Assembly: GCA_963729625.1 (NCBI GenBank)
Contig: CAVSOU010000008.1
Location: forward strand, 192,001-256,000
Direction of reading: 5' to 3'
DNA length: 64,000 bases
Origin: an uncultured bacterium
Lineage (GTDB): Bacteria; Chloroflexota; UBA5177; JANWHV01
Under the pieces are notes generated by a model, which saw nothing but the letters and a program-made list of their open reading frames with translations, was not told the origin of the DNA and did no database searches. Shown in pieces: positions 50,436 to 61,661 of this stretch. The position numbers were made by a program, and so were the translations under genes. How positions within the stretch are numbered: the stretch's first letter is position 1; each line of letters begins with the position of its first letter.

Positions 50436-51746
50436 ATGAAACGACGAGAGTTTCTCGGTGCCGCCGCGGGGACCGCGGCCGCAGCACTCGGCATGCCGAC
50501 GCTCCTGGACACGCCAAAGACCGAGGCGGCCAGAAGTGCAGCCCGCGCGACGGTAACTTTCTGGGAATTCAACACTGACACCCCCTCGCTGACCATCTGG
50601 CACAAGCTGATTTCCGCCTTCGAGGCGAAGAACCCCGACGTCAACGTCAACATGGTGATCGTGCCGTGGGGGGAGCAGGCGCAGAAGCTGACCACCGCAA
50701 TCTCCACAGGCGCCGCGCCCGACGTGTCCATGATGGGCAACGACATCGTGGCCGAATATGCCGCCATCGACGCCCTCGCTCCGATGGACTCGTACTTCCA
50801 GGCCTGGTCCAAAGAAGTCGGCAAGGATATCACGCAGGACATCTACCCGGGCGACCATGCCTACTATCAGTACAACGGCCACTGGTACGCCAGCCCGCTC
50901 TGTGAAGAGACCCGGCTGATCTACATGCGCACCTCGATGCTCAAGGCCGCCGGCATCGACCCCACCAAGCCGCCGCAGACCTGCCAGGACATGTTGCAGC
51001 TCGGTATGAAGCTCAACAAGAAGGGCGTCTATGGCTGGGGTATCCCGGGCGGCATCAACTACTTCACCGTGCAGACCTTCATGACCTTCTACCTGGCCTG
51101 GGGCGCGCAGTACATCAACGCTAAGGGCTTGTGCGGCTTTGACTCGCCGGAGTTCCGCGCGGCGCTGCAGTTCTACACCGACATCTACCTCAAGTACAAG
51201 CTGACGCCGCCCGACACGCCGATCTATGACAACTCCAAGCTCGAGCCACTGTTCGAGGCCGGCAAGATCGCCATGATGATCGACGGCCCTTGGCTGCTGA
51301 ACGGGATCACCGACCCCAAGCTGAAGGCGGACATCACCCTGGCGCAGCTGCCGCGCGGCCCGAAGATGCGCGCCGCGTTCCTGGGCGGCTGGCCGCTGGT
51401 CATGTGGGCGCAGAGCAAGAATAAGGACGCTACCTTCCGCTTCATCCGCTACATCACGGATCCGGCCCAGGGACTCTCCCCATTCTGCCAGGGAGCGGGC
51501 CAGCTCCCCGGTCGGAAGAGCGTGTCCGTGCAGGCCCCGTGGAACGCCATGCCAACGAGCATTTTCATCAACCAGCTCAACTTCGCCTACCCCTACCAGT
51601 ATCCTCACCAGGAAATCCCGCAGATGGGCGCGCTCGAGACGGACGCAGTCCAGACGCCTGTGCAGAACGTGATGCTGGGCAAGGCGACCGTCGACCAGGC
51701 GACCAAGGCCCTGGTGGCGCACATCAACTCGGTGTTCCAGCCGTAA
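50436..51746 (+). CDS. Sugar ABC transporter substrate-binding protein (Tat signal)
   Basis: MKRREFLG leader, FEAKNPDVNV, APDV, FEAGKIAMMIDGPW. Confidence 0.92.
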   Translation: MKRREFLGAAAGTAAAALGMPTLLDTPKTEAARSAARATVTFWEFNTDTPSLTIWHKLISAFEAKNPDVNVNMVIVPWGEQAQKLTTAISTGAAPDVSMMGNDIVAEYAAIDALAPMDSYFQAWSKEVGKDITQDIYPGDHAYYQYNGHWYASPLCEETRLIYMRTSMLKAAGIDPTKPPQTCQDMLQLGMKLNKKGVYGWGIPGGINYFTVQTFMTFYLAWGAQYINAKGLCGFDSPEFRAALQFYTDIYLKYKLTPPDTPIYDNSKLEPLFEAGKIAMMIDGPWLLNGITDPKLKADITLAQLPRGPKMRAAFLGGWPLVMWAQSKNKDATFRFIRYITDPAQGLSPFCQGAGQLPGRKSVSVQAPWNAMPTSIFINQLNFAYPYQYPHQEIPQMGALETDAVQTPVQNVMLGKATVDQATKALVAHINSVFQP

Positions 51747-51825
51747 ACCGTCGTCATCTACTGTCGCGAGAGAGGGCGAGCAGCGGCGCCGCCCTCTCTC
51801 AGCTCAGTTTCCTGTGAGGTCAAGC

Positions 51826-52851
51826 ATGCGTGTTGAGCAAGTGTATTTCGAGGCACCTTATCGGGCCGCCTGCCGCGAGACAGACGTGCCGCCTCCGGGA
51901 CCTGGAGAGGTTCTGCTGCGCTCGCAGCTGTCGGGCATCAGCCACGGCACGGAGATGAACGTCTACCGGGGGTTCGCACCCCAATGGTCGCAGACGTATG
52001 ACCCGAAGCTCCGTCTCTTCCTCAAAGGCGGGAAGAGCAGCTGGGACTATCCAATGGCCTACGGCTACGTCAGCGTCGGCGTAGTTGAGAGCGTAGGCGA
52101 GGGCGTGAGCACGGAACTGCTGGGAGCGCGCGCCTTCTGCTACCAGCCACACCAGGGCGCGCACGTCTTGCCCGCGGAACAGCTGGTGCTGCTGGGCGAC
52201 CTGCCCGCTGAGAAGGGCATCTTCTTCGCGAACGCCAATACCGCGTTCAACGGCACGCTCGACGCCACGCTGCACTACGGCGACGTGGTCGTGGTCTTCG
52301 GGCTGGGCGTGATCGGCCAGATCCTCGCCCAGGTTTGCTCCGCGAGTGGCTGTCGCGTCGTCGTCGTGGATCCGCTGGCGGCACGGCGGGAGCGCGCGCG
52401 GCGCTGGGGTGCCGAGCTGGCGATCGACCCGCGCCAGACGGACGACGTGGCACTCGCGGTGCGGGAACTGAGCGACGGCCGTGGCGCCGACGTTACCTTC
52501 GATGTCACCGGGAACCCGAAGGCCTTGCACGAGGCCATCCGCACGACCGCGCCGGACTGCAGCGTGGTAGCCCTCTCCTGGTACGGGAAACCGATGAGCG
52601 ATCTGGTGCTCTCCGGCGAGTTTCACCATAATCGCGTGCACATCCGCTCCTCGCAGGTCGGACGCACTAATCCGCTGCTCGTGAACTGGTCGGTGGCGCG
52701 ACGACAGCAGACGGTGCTCGGCCTGCTCAAGCGGCTCGCCGTCGAGGAGATGATCGAGGCGCGGTTCACGCCCGAACAGGCCGCCGACGCCTACCAGGCG
52801 GTCGACCAAGGGGACACGCCGCCCCAGCAGGCGGTGTTCGCGTATCCATGA
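51826..52851 (+). CDS. MDR/zinc-binding alcohol dehydrogenase-like protein
   Basis: SGISHGTE, YGYVSVG, GLGVIG, EFHHNR. Confidence 0.88.
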   Translation: MRVEQVYFEAPYRAACRETDVPPPGPGEVLLRSQLSGISHGTEMNVYRGFAPQWSQTYDPKLRLFLKGGKSSWDYPMAYGYVSVGVVESVGEGVSTELLGARAFCYQPHQGAHVLPAEQLVLLGDLPAEKGIFFANANTAFNGTLDATLHYGDVVVVFGLGVIGQILAQVCSASGCRVVVVDPLAARRERARRWGAELAIDPRQTDDVALAVRELSDGRGADVTFDVTGNPKALHEAIRTTAPDCSVVALSWYGKPMSDLVLSGEFHHNRVHIRSSQVGRTNPLLVNWSVARRQQTVLGLLKRLAVEEMIEARFTPEQAADAYQAVDQGDTPPQQAVFAYP

Positions 52852-53762
52852 GCGCGGCCGTCCTCCTGCGGGACCGATCCTCGCGTGGCCGGTCTTGGCG
52901 CAAGCAGGTATTGCCCTATGCGCTGGTGGCGCCGAGCGTGTTGCTCGTGGCTATCCTGCTCCTGTACCCGCTGGTCGACGAGATCTACCTGAGCCTGACC
53001 CACTACAACCTGCTGGTCGAGCCCAATCCGATCTTCGTCGGCGTCAGCACGTATACGCGCCTGTTCAACGACCTCGTGTTCTGGGGCAGCCTTGAGCGTA
53101 CCTGCTGGTGGACCCTTGGCTCGGTCGCAATCGAGTTCCTTATCGGCGCTCCGCTCGCGCTGGCGCTCAACCACCGCACGCGCCTGACCGGCCTGGCCAT
53201 CGGCTTAACCTTGCTGCCGTGGGTCACGCCCACGGTGGTCGTGTCCTATGCCTGGGTCTGGGTGCTCGACTCCCAGGTCGGGATCGTGTACGCAGTGCTG
53301 CACTGGCTGCACCTCACCGGCAGCGTGTCACCGCTGGCGACGTACGGCGGCGCGCTACCCGCCGTCGTCGTCGCAAGCGGCTGGAAAGGTACGCCCTTCA
53401 TGGCCATCCTGCTGCTTGCCGCGCTCAAGGGCATTCCGGCGGAGCTGTACGAGTCAGCACAGATCGACGGGGCAAGCTGGCTGGCGCGGCACCGGTACAT
53501 CACGCTGCCGGGGGTGCGCAAAACCGCGCTGATCGCGGCGATGCTGCTGAGCATCTGGGCCTTCTACAGCTTCGACTTTGCCTGGTTGATGACCCAGGGC
53601 GGCCCGGACGATGCCACGGAGCTGGCAAGCATCTACCTGTTCAAGACATTCCAGTTCGCCTTGAACTGGGGGTACGCGGCCCAAATTGGCGTGGCGATGT
53701 TCGTCATTCTGCTCGTGGCTGTCACGGTCTACCTCACCGTAGCGCAGCCGAACAGGGAGTGA
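52848..53762 (+). CDS. Sugar ABC transporter permease
   Basis: LPWVTP, ELYESAQIDGA, ITLP, MTQGGP. Confidence 0.94.
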   Translation: MSAAVLLRDRSSRGRSWRKQVLPYALVAPSVLLVAILLLYPLVDEIYLSLTHYNLLVEPNPIFVGVSTYTRLFNDLVFWGSLERTCWWTLGSVAIEFLIGAPLALALNHRTRLTGLAIGLTLLPWVTPTVVVSYAWVWVLDSQVGIVYAVLHWLHLTGSVSPLATYGGALPAVVVASGWKGTPFMAILLLAALKGIPAELYESAQIDGASWLARHRYITLPGVRKTALIAAMLLSIWAFYSFDFAWLMTQGGPDDATELASIYLFKTFQFALNWGYAAQIGVAMFVILLVAVTVYLTVAQPNRE

Positions 53763-53769
53763 GGAGACT

Positions 53770-54606
53770 ATGGCACGGCGCGCGCGACTGATCGATCTGG
53801 CCTGGTACGTCGGCATGAGCCTGTTTCTGCTGGTCTTTCTGAGCCCGATCATCTGGGTGTACCTGGCCTCAGTGACGCCAAGCGGCAACCTGGCTGGGTC
53901 CCCGTTTTCCGTGCTGGACGTGCGGCACTACACCTTCACCGCCTTCCCGCGCGTATGGAACGGCTTCGCTTTCTCGCAGGCGTTTGCCAACAGCCTCATG
54001 GTTTGCCTGGCGGCGGCGATCTGCGTGGTGGTGATCTGCTCGCTTCCCGCTTACGCGCTCTCGCGCTACAGCTTCCGGGGGCGCAATCAGTTCGCATTGA
54101 TCGTCCTGATGGGTCAGCTAGTGCCGGGGATCGTGGTGGTGGTGCCCATCGTTCTGCTGTTGCGGCATATCCAGCTGACTGACAACCTGGTCGGGCTCGC
54201 GGCCGTCTACATCATCAGTGGGATCCCGCTCGGGGTGTGGATGCTTCGCGGATTCCTGGACGCCATTCCCCGGGAGCTGGACGAGTCGGTGCTCGTGGAC
54301 GGCGGCGGTCTCCTTGCCGTGCTGCGCTACGTGATCTTCCCGCTGGCTCAGCCGGGGATCGTGACGGTGGCCGCGTTTACGTTCATCTCCGCGTGGGGCG
54401 AGTATCTGCTGGCCCTCTCGCTGATCACCTCGAATCAGAATTGGACGCTGCCGCTCGCGCTGCAGGAAGCGTTCAGCCGGAACACCGTGGACCTGGGCGC
54501 GCTCACCGCCGGAGGCGTGATCGCCTCCTTGCCGGTCGCGTTGCTCTTCATGTTCGTGCAGCGCAGCCTCGTTGCCGGCCTAGCAGCCGGCAGCGTCAAG
54601 GGCTGA
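53770..54606 (+). CDS. Sugar ABC transporter permease
   Basis: [29 protein letters not shown]. Confidence 0.94.
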   Translation: MARRARLIDLAWYVGMSLFLLVFLSPIIWVYLASVTPSGNLAGSPFSVLDVRHYTFTAFPRVWNGFAFSQAFANSLMVCLAAAICVVVICSLPAYALSRYSFRGRNQFALIVLMGQLVPGIVVVVPIVLLLRHIQLTDNLVGLAAVYIISGIPLGVWMLRGFLDAIPRELDESVLVDGGGLLAVLRYVIFPLAQPGIVTVAAFTFISAWGEYLLALSLITSNQNWTLPLALQEAFSRNTVDLGALTAGGVIASLPVALLFMFVQRSLVAGLAAGSVKG

Positions 54607-54659
54607 GGCGCCGCGATGAGGCGGGCAGGGGCCCGACGCCTAGTGCATGGAGGATGAGG

Positions 54660-55427
54660 ATGACGGCCATCAAGCAGACGATATCCTGGTGGTGTTACGA
54701 GCGCAGCGGCCCGGCGCCGGAGCAGTTGGTCAAGCTGGCGGCGGAGATCGGCTACCGCGGGTTCGACCTGGTTGACCAGCAGCACTGGCCGCTGATCAAG
54801 GAGCATGGGCTGGAGATCGCAGCGGTCAACGGCCACGCCTCCATCGCCGACGGGCTCAATCGTCGCGCCAATCACGATCGCATCGAGCGCGAAATCACCG
54901 CCAACCTGGAGCTGGCCGGCCGCTGGGGCATTGCCAACCTGATCGTGTTCAGCGGCAACCGCGGCGGTATCGACGACGAGGCCGGTGCCGAGGCGACGGC
55001 CGCTGGCCTGAGGCGCGTGGCCCGCGCGGCCGAGCAGGCAGGCGTCACCCTGGTGCTCGAGCTGCTCAACAGCAAGGTGGATCACGCCGATTACCAGGCG
55101 GACCACACGACATGGGGTGTGAAGGTCTGCCAGATGGTCGGCTCGGCCCGCGTGCGTTTGCTCTACGACATTTACCACATGCAGATCATGGAAGGCGACA
55201 TCATTCGCACGATACGTGACAACAGCGCCTACTTCGGTCACTATCATACGGGCGGTGTGCCTGGGCGGAACGAGATCGGTGCCCAGCAGGAACTGTATTA
55301 CCCGGCGATTATGCGGGCCATACTCGCCACCGGCTACCAGGGCTATGTCGGGCAAGAGTTCGTACCTGCCGGAGATCCGGCCGCCGGCCTGCGGGAGGCC
55401 TTCGCCGCCTGCAACGTCAGCGCATAA
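54660..55427 (+). CDS. Hydroxypyruvate isomerase family TIM-barrel protein
   Basis: [44 protein letters not shown]. Confidence 0.9.
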   Translation: MTAIKQTISWWCYERSGPAPEQLVKLAAEIGYRGFDLVDQQHWPLIKEHGLEIAAVNGHASIADGLNRRANHDRIEREITANLELAGRWGIANLIVFSGNRGGIDDEAGAEATAAGLRRVARAAEQAGVTLVLELLNSKVDHADYQADHTTWGVKVCQMVGSARVRLLYDIYHMQIMEGDIIRTIRDNSAYFGHYHTGGVPGRNEIGAQQELYYPAIMRAILATGYQGYVGQEFVPAGDPAAGLREAFAACNVSA

Positions 55428-55504
55428 GGCCGGTACCGGCAACGTGCCATGGACGGTCGCCAACATCGCGGCGTTTCGCGTTGCTCAGTCATGTAGTAGA
55501 AAGT

Positions 55505-56290
55505 ATGCGAGAAGTGACCTTGCCCAACGCTGACCCCAATATTCCGGTTGCATTACAGATGTACAGCGTGCGCGAGGAGGCCGCGCGCGATTTCACCGGC
55601 ACGTTGAAGGCCGTCGCCGCGGTTGGCTATAAGGCACTCGAGCTAGCAGGCTTTGGAGACTTAACGGCGCCCGAGCTCCGAAAGGTGCTGGACGGACTCG
55701 GCCTGTCGGCGCTCTCCAATCACGTCGGTCTGCCCGTCCTGCGCTCCGCACTGGACCGAACGATTGACGACTGCTTGTCCTTGGGCTGCCGCTATCTGGT
55801 GTGCCCGTGGCTGCCCCCCGAGGAGCGTGGCGACGCGTCCGCCTACCGCCGGCTCGCTGCCGAGCTCACGAGTATGGGCCGGCGCTGTCGAGAGCGGGGG
55901 TTGGGCTTCGCCTACCACAACCACGATTTTGAGTTTGCGCGGCTCGACGGCCAGTTCGCGCTGGACGTGCTCCTCGAGTCCGCCGATGTCCAGGCAGTGA
56001 AATCCGAGCTCGATATGTATTGGGCAGCCTATGCCGGCGTCGATCCCGCGCAGTTTCTCCGTCACCTGGGTCCGCGCTGCGCGATCGTGCACCTCAAGGA
56101 CATGGTCAAAGACGATTCACGGGCGTTTGCCGAAGTGGGCGAGGGCCGCCTGGACTTTCCGTCCATCTTCGCGGCTGCCAAGGCGGTCGGCGTCGAGTTG
56201 TACGTGGTGGAGCAGGACTTCTGCCAGCGTCCGGCGCTCGACAGCATCGCCATCAGCCTGAAGAACCTGCGTTCGTGGGGAATCGCTTGA
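55505..56290 (+). CDS. Sugar phosphate isomerase/epimerase (xylose isomerase-like TIM barrel)
   Basis: LQMYSVR, YHNHDFEF, ELDMYW, HLKD, EVGEG, VEQD. Confidence 0.9.
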   Translation: MREVTLPNADPNIPVALQMYSVREEAARDFTGTLKAVAAVGYKALELAGFGDLTAPELRKVLDGLGLSALSNHVGLPVLRSALDRTIDDCLSLGCRYLVCPWLPPEERGDASAYRRLAAELTSMGRRCRERGLGFAYHNHDFEFARLDGQFALDVLLESADVQAVKSELDMYWAAYAGVDPAQFLRHLGPRCAIVHLKDMVKDDSRAFAEVGEGRLDFPSIFAAAKAVGVELYVVEQDFCQRPALDSIAISLKNLRSWGIA

Positions 56291-56691
56291 GGAGGGCGCG
56301 TCTCGAGATCGTTGTCGGTCAGGCTCAGCACCTGTGCGAGGCGCCTTCCTGTCTACGCTGAGCGTATAACTGCCCGACTCATGGTTCTGCGCACGCGGGA
56401 AAATCCTTGCGCGGTACCGCAACCGAGACAGCCGTGTGCATTGTCCGCACATCGGTGCTCACCGTCGTTCGCCATACAAGCGATCGGCACGTGCCTTCTC
56501 GTACCTGTGCGCTGCCGCTACGCCGCTGGTCGAGAACGCCCGGCATCGTCCGATCGCAGGGTACCTGCAAGGCATCTACGTATGACGAAGTGAGCGGGGT
56601 GCGTGACAACCGCCACGCACCCCGCCAAGAAGCACACTGTCGCCGGCGTGAGTATCAACCGCACCGGCCGCCGTATGGCGCGATCAGCAGA

Positions 56692-59600
56692 TCACCGCCA
56701 GGTCACCGCTACCGTGTTTGATCGTGGCCCGCCTCCCGTGATGCTGGAGCCCGACGTGCTCAGCCATGCCGTGTACTGGTGCGTCACAGCGGTGTTGGAA
56801 GAGGCAGTTGTCGTGCAGCTCGAGCCAGTGCCGCAGGCCGCAAGAACCGATCCACTTTCGTTCACGATGTCGATATACCAGACAGTGAGCCCGACGTCGA
56901 CGTTTGTCGAGGCGGTCAGCGTCACGCTCGAGTTCACGGACGGCGACCCGTTGCTGGCCGTGAGACCGCTGAGGCATGTGCCGTCTGACGCGCAGCTACT
57001 GCCTGACATGGGCGTGCTGGTAGCCGTGGCGCCGGTTCCCGTCCAGCTCACCGTCACGGTTGCCGTATGCGGCCCGCCTCCGGCGATGCCGCTGCCCGAC
57101 GTGCTCAGCCATGCCGTGTACTGGTGGCTGGCCGCGACGCTGGATGTGACGCCGGCAGCACAGCTCGTGCCGGTGGGGCAGCTGCTCACGATGGCGCCGG
57201 ATTCGTTCACGATGTCGATGTACCACACGGTGGGACCGACGTCCTGATTGGTGGTGGCCGTGAGGGTGACCGCCGTGTTCAGCGGCGCCGAGGTCGCGCT
57301 GGCGCTCAGGCCGGTGAGGCAGGTTCCGTCAGTCGCGCAGGTCGTACCGGACGCGGGTGTGGCCGTGCTGGTCGCGCTGGGCGCGACCGGCGTGTTCGTC
57401 CGCGTGGCGGTCGCGGGAACCGGCGTGTTCGTGCGCGTCGCGGAAGGCGGCGGCGTGCCAGTGCTCGGCACGGCTGTATTCGTACGCGTGGCCGTGGGCA
57501 GCACGGGCGTGGTCGTGCGTGTCACGGTCGGCGGCGCGGGCGTAGGCGTGCGCGTGGCCGATGGCGGTACAGGCGTGCTGGTAGCCGTGGCGCCGGTTCC
57601 CGTCCAGCTCACCGTCACGGTTGCCGTATGCGACCCACCCCCGGCGATGCCGGTGCCCGACGTGCTCAGCCATGCCGTGTACTGGTGGCTGGCCGCGACG
57701 CCGGATGTGACGGCCGCGCCGCAGCTTGCCCCAGTGGGGCAGCTGCTCACGATGGCGCCGGATTCGTTCACGATGTCGATGTACCACACGGTGGGACCGA
57801 CGTCCTTATTGGTGGCGGCCGTGAGGGTGACCGCCGTGTTCAGCGGCGCCGAGGTCGAGCTGGCGCTCAGCCCGGTGAGGCAGGTTCCGTCACTTGCGCA
57901 GCCGGTGCCGGACGCGGGTGTGGCCGTGCTGGTCGCGCTGGGCACCACCGGCGTATTCGTCCGGGTGGCGGTCGCAGGAACCGGCGTGCTCGTGCGCGTC
58001 GCGGTTGGCGGCGGCGTGCCGGTTGGCGTAGCAGGCACAGGCGTGCGTGTGGCCGTTGGCGGCGTCGTGTTGGTTGGGTAGCAGGCACAGGCGTGCGCGT
58101 CACGGTGGGCGGCACGGGCGTAGCAGTCGCCGTGTTGCCGACGCACCCGCCGACGGCGCCGACGATATCGCACAGGTAGTGCGATACGTCGATACTGCCC
58201 CATCCCGTCGCCCGGTCCCAACCGGGACCGGCACTGTAGGAAACGGATCCGTAGGTTGTTCCCGACGTCACATCGTGGAAGTCGGCCGCATACTTTGCTG
58301 CGTTCTCGGCCAGCGCGTAGATCTTTGGGTTAGCCCAGCCGATGCGCGCAAGACCGTTTACCTGTGCGTAGCGATCGGCTACCGCCGCCATACCCGCCCA
58401 TAGGGGGGCTGCCAGGCTGGTACCGCCGACAACCACGTTGGCACCGTTGACATACACGTCGGCGCCGGTGTTCGGGTTTGCGTCCGCGGAGACGTCCGGC
58501 TCCGCTCGTCCGCTGCAGCTCGTGGATACGCTGTTCTGGTAACTCGGCTTGGCGAACACTGACGAGCACCCCGCTCCACCGCCGCCGTTGCCAGAGACAT
58601 TCCAGGTGGTCTCGCCGGAATAGGTGGTCGAGCCGCTCGTGGAAAGCGTGGTTCCACCGACCGAGACGACGTTCGGACTGTCCGCGGGATAGCTCGGTTG
58701 CCCGGTGCCACCGGAATCGGTGCCCGCGTCGCCTGAGGAAAAGTAGAACGTCGTCCCTTCCGCTGCTGCCTGCAAGAAGTCGCTTTCGAGGGCCGTGCCG
58801 AAGGCGTCGAGCGGAGAAATCTCCTCGCCGCCGCCCCAGCTATTGCTCACCACATGAATGGCGGAGTTGTTCACGGCCATGGAGATGGCGTTCTCCAGGC
58901 CAACTTCACTGCCGCCGCACCCGGAGGAGTCGCAGATCTCGTTGCCTAGGTAGTACACGAGGTGGGCATGTGGGGCCATCCCATGCGCGTACTCCACGTC
59001 CATCGCCGTCTCAATCCATGCATCCGTGTGGGTATCGGCGCCGTTGGAATAGACCCACTCGATCTGGTCTGCCCCGCTGTTGGTCGGCGTCGTCACCACC
59101 TGTCCGGACATCGCCGTATCGCCGGTCGCAGTGGCGAAGCCGCTCAAGTCGCTGTTCTGCAGGGCATTGCCCCACAGGGTAAAGCCAATAACCTGGTTCG
59201 TGCCGTCATAGCTGCTGCCGGAGTCGTAGATACTGCGGAAGTTCGCCGGCGTGTAGCCGTTTGCCGGTCTGGACGCCGCATGGCTCATCGCGTGGAAGCG
59301 CACGATGCTGTTGAGACCGGTCACGGCCAGGATGCCGAGGTTTGCCGGCACGACCGGATCTGCCGACGCGGCGAAGTACGTGCCGTGCGCCGGCGAGCGG
59401 TACGAATTGACCTGGACCGCGAGAGCGCGTTCTACCGCGGCCGTCGTTCCCTGTAGCGTGATGGTTGTTCCATCGGCGCTGACGTATGTGCTCGACAGTC
59501 CATTCTGCACAGCCCAGGCCTGTACGGCGCCTACTTGGTCGGTTGTCGGCGCGAACTGCGCGTCGAACTGATCGTGTGTAAGATAGATTCCCTGGTCGGC

Positions 59601-59870
59601 CTGGTTCGCGATAAACGACGCCAACACGGCCTGGTTCCGATACGGGAGCAACACGTCGATGGTCATCGGCGCCGCGACATCGGCGGCGCCTATAAGCTGG
59701 GCGACGCCGGACCTCACTTCCGTCGGCGTCTCGCCGACCAGGATGACGCTGCCAGTCGACGGCGCCGCGCGCGACACGCCGCGTGCGGGCAGTCCGGCCT
59801 CTCCCGTCAGCAAGCCAAGCAGCAGTGTTCCTGCCAGGCTGCCGGATAATAGCGTGGTGCGAAGACTCAC
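56692..59870 (-). CDS. Secreted S53 (sedolisin/kumamolisin) peptidase with Pro/Thr linkers and three Cys-containing Ig-like domains; frameshifted near 58077
   Basis: GTG 59870 after AGAGGG; prodomain FAPT..V..W; ETAMDVE, SNSWG, SSGDAG, SVGGT, PDVSADA, GGTSLAAP, FHDVTSG, GWDRATGWGS; C-terminus continues in a second frame (ORF 56692..58221). Confidence 0.85.
57011..58000 (-). repeat. Internal direct repeats (offset 561 bp) encoding duplicated domain and linker
   Basis: ggcgtgctggtagccgtggcgccggttcccgtccagctc at 57011 and 57572; a more diverged third copy lies at about 56695-56995. Confidence 0.9.
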
Positions 59871-60201
59871 TTGTACGTCCCTCTTTCTGCGTTCCGAACA
59901 CCGTGAGGGAAGTGACCGGCTCGCTGCTTGTGCGGCGCGCTTCGACGTTCTGTCCCCGTTTGTGACGCGAAACTTCACCCTTACGCACAGTGTGTGCATC
60001 GAGGTGCGGAACATGCAAAGTCGTCCGTCCTCGCTGTGGTGTGCCCGGTCGAGCTTTGACAGATCGGGCTACACTCGGTTCGTCCTCTTGAACATGTAGA
60101 TGCTCACTCCGCGAGGAGTCCAGGCCGATCGGACTCCGTGAGGGTGCGGAAACGAGGGATCTGCTGAGCAGTATAGCGCACTGTAGCAATATGTCTATAG
60201 C

Positions 60202-61485
60202 TCACCACGGTTTATTTGCCTGCGAGCGCGGCGGGATGATGGTGCTGCAGGGCGGCGGCGGCGCGAGTGCAGCCGCATGAGAGCAGAGGGCCAGGCTCAT
60301 CAGGAAGTCATCGTGCCCTTCGCTCGCCGGTACAAAGAAGCGCATCTGCTCGTTGACGCCCAGGTCATACCGCGCCGACTCGATTTCGCGCCGCGCCTGC
60401 CGCCAGGCTTCGCTTCCGTCCTGCCTGTAGAGACGGCAGCGGCCGGTACCAGCCAAGGCCAGCAGCGCGAACCCCAGTCGCGATTTCGACGGCGCGGTGA
60501 AGACAAACTGCTCCACCACCGCGCCCCCGAGGACGCCTTCGAGCCAGGAGGCGACGCCTGCGCCCAGGCCTGTGGCATCCACCACGACCTTTGTGCAGGG
60601 AAAGACGTCGGCCAGCAGGTGGCGAAGCGCATGGTGTTGGGTTGGATGGTCCGCCCCCGACCACTGGTAGTGTTGCACGACCTCCAGCGAAGGCTCGAGC
60701 TCCTCCGTCCAGTGCAGCCGTGCTATCGTGGTCACGGTGCTGTCGCGGCCACGGTCCGCCGCTGCCGGTGCCAGGAGTCCTGGAATTGCCTGAGCGTCCT
60801 GGCCGGCTACGTCTATCCCCGCCACGTAGGTTTCGCCTGCGATGCCCTCGGCCAGTCGCGCGTGTCTGCCTGAGAGCAGCAATGAACGCGTCGCGAGCGA
60901 AAACAGGCGTCCCATCTCCTCGAGCGGCTGCAGGCAGTATTGCGTCTGCACGATCGGATGGTCTGAGCCGAGCCTGGCTATCTCGGCTTCCACGAACATG
61001 CGATAGGCCGGCGAGATTTGTGCCAGCACCTGCCAGTCGTACTCGAAGTGGCGACGTATGCCGTCGCGGTGCTCAAGGGCTAGGTTCACCTGCTTCTGGC
61101 GCTCGAGTGGGTTCGTTGCGTCCCACGCGGTGCCATAGAGCACGATTGGCGCGTTAGTCGAGCTGGCCATGGGGCGGAATTCGCGCTGCACCTTGTCTTC
61201 CTGCAGGTCCTGCGCCTCGTCAAGCTCCAGAAGCACGTCGGCAGTTCCGCCAACGACATGGCTGGCGGGAGCGCCCGAGAGAAAGCGTACGCGGGCGCGG
61301 CCCAGCTCGATCGCATCCTGGCTGGTGCGCACGCAGCCGCGGTTCAGTGGATTGTCAAGCACGCTCAAGAGGCGCTGTCTGCTGATCAGTGCCTGCGGGC
61401 GGAGCGTCGGGGCCGCTTTGACCAGCGTGCCGCCGGTAAACCGGTAGATATTGAGCAGGTACGCTTCGAGCTCCGCTGAAAGCTC
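60202..61485 (-). pseudogene. Terminase large subunit-like gene, 3' portion, truncated at Walker A
   Basis: Frame reads ELSAELEAYLL..LVKAAPTLRPQ..LLELDEAQD (Walker B)..VLYGTAW..AGIDVAG..VVDATGLG..HDDFLMS (RNase H-like nuclease); in-frame TAA at about 61507-61509 and no start codon or GK motif before ELSA. Confidence 0.75.
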
Positions 61486-61661
61486 AATATAGCTGCGTTG
61501 TGTTGTTTATGATATAGCGCAGGACTGCCCCACGGGGGGTACGACTTCGCAACGAGCGCTGTTCAGTACTGCTCACGAGCAGGGACCATCGCCCACATGC
61601 AATTCTCGTGCGCCCTGGCGCATCCTAGAGGCTATTGCACAGCGCAATTGTTCACACTATC

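Noticed and set aside
49244-51722. Long minus-strand ORFs (49244..50842, 50409..51722) and similar ones such as 22527..23984, 26102..27493, 28059..29183 and 44393..45988
   Set aside because: They are antisense shadows of well-supported genes, which is common in high-GC DNA, and have no recognisable motifs.
59880-60190. c-di-AMP (ydaO) riboswitch in the long S53 leader
   Set aside because: A promoter-like TAGACA-N16-TATACT is present, but the conserved riboswitch motifs are not.
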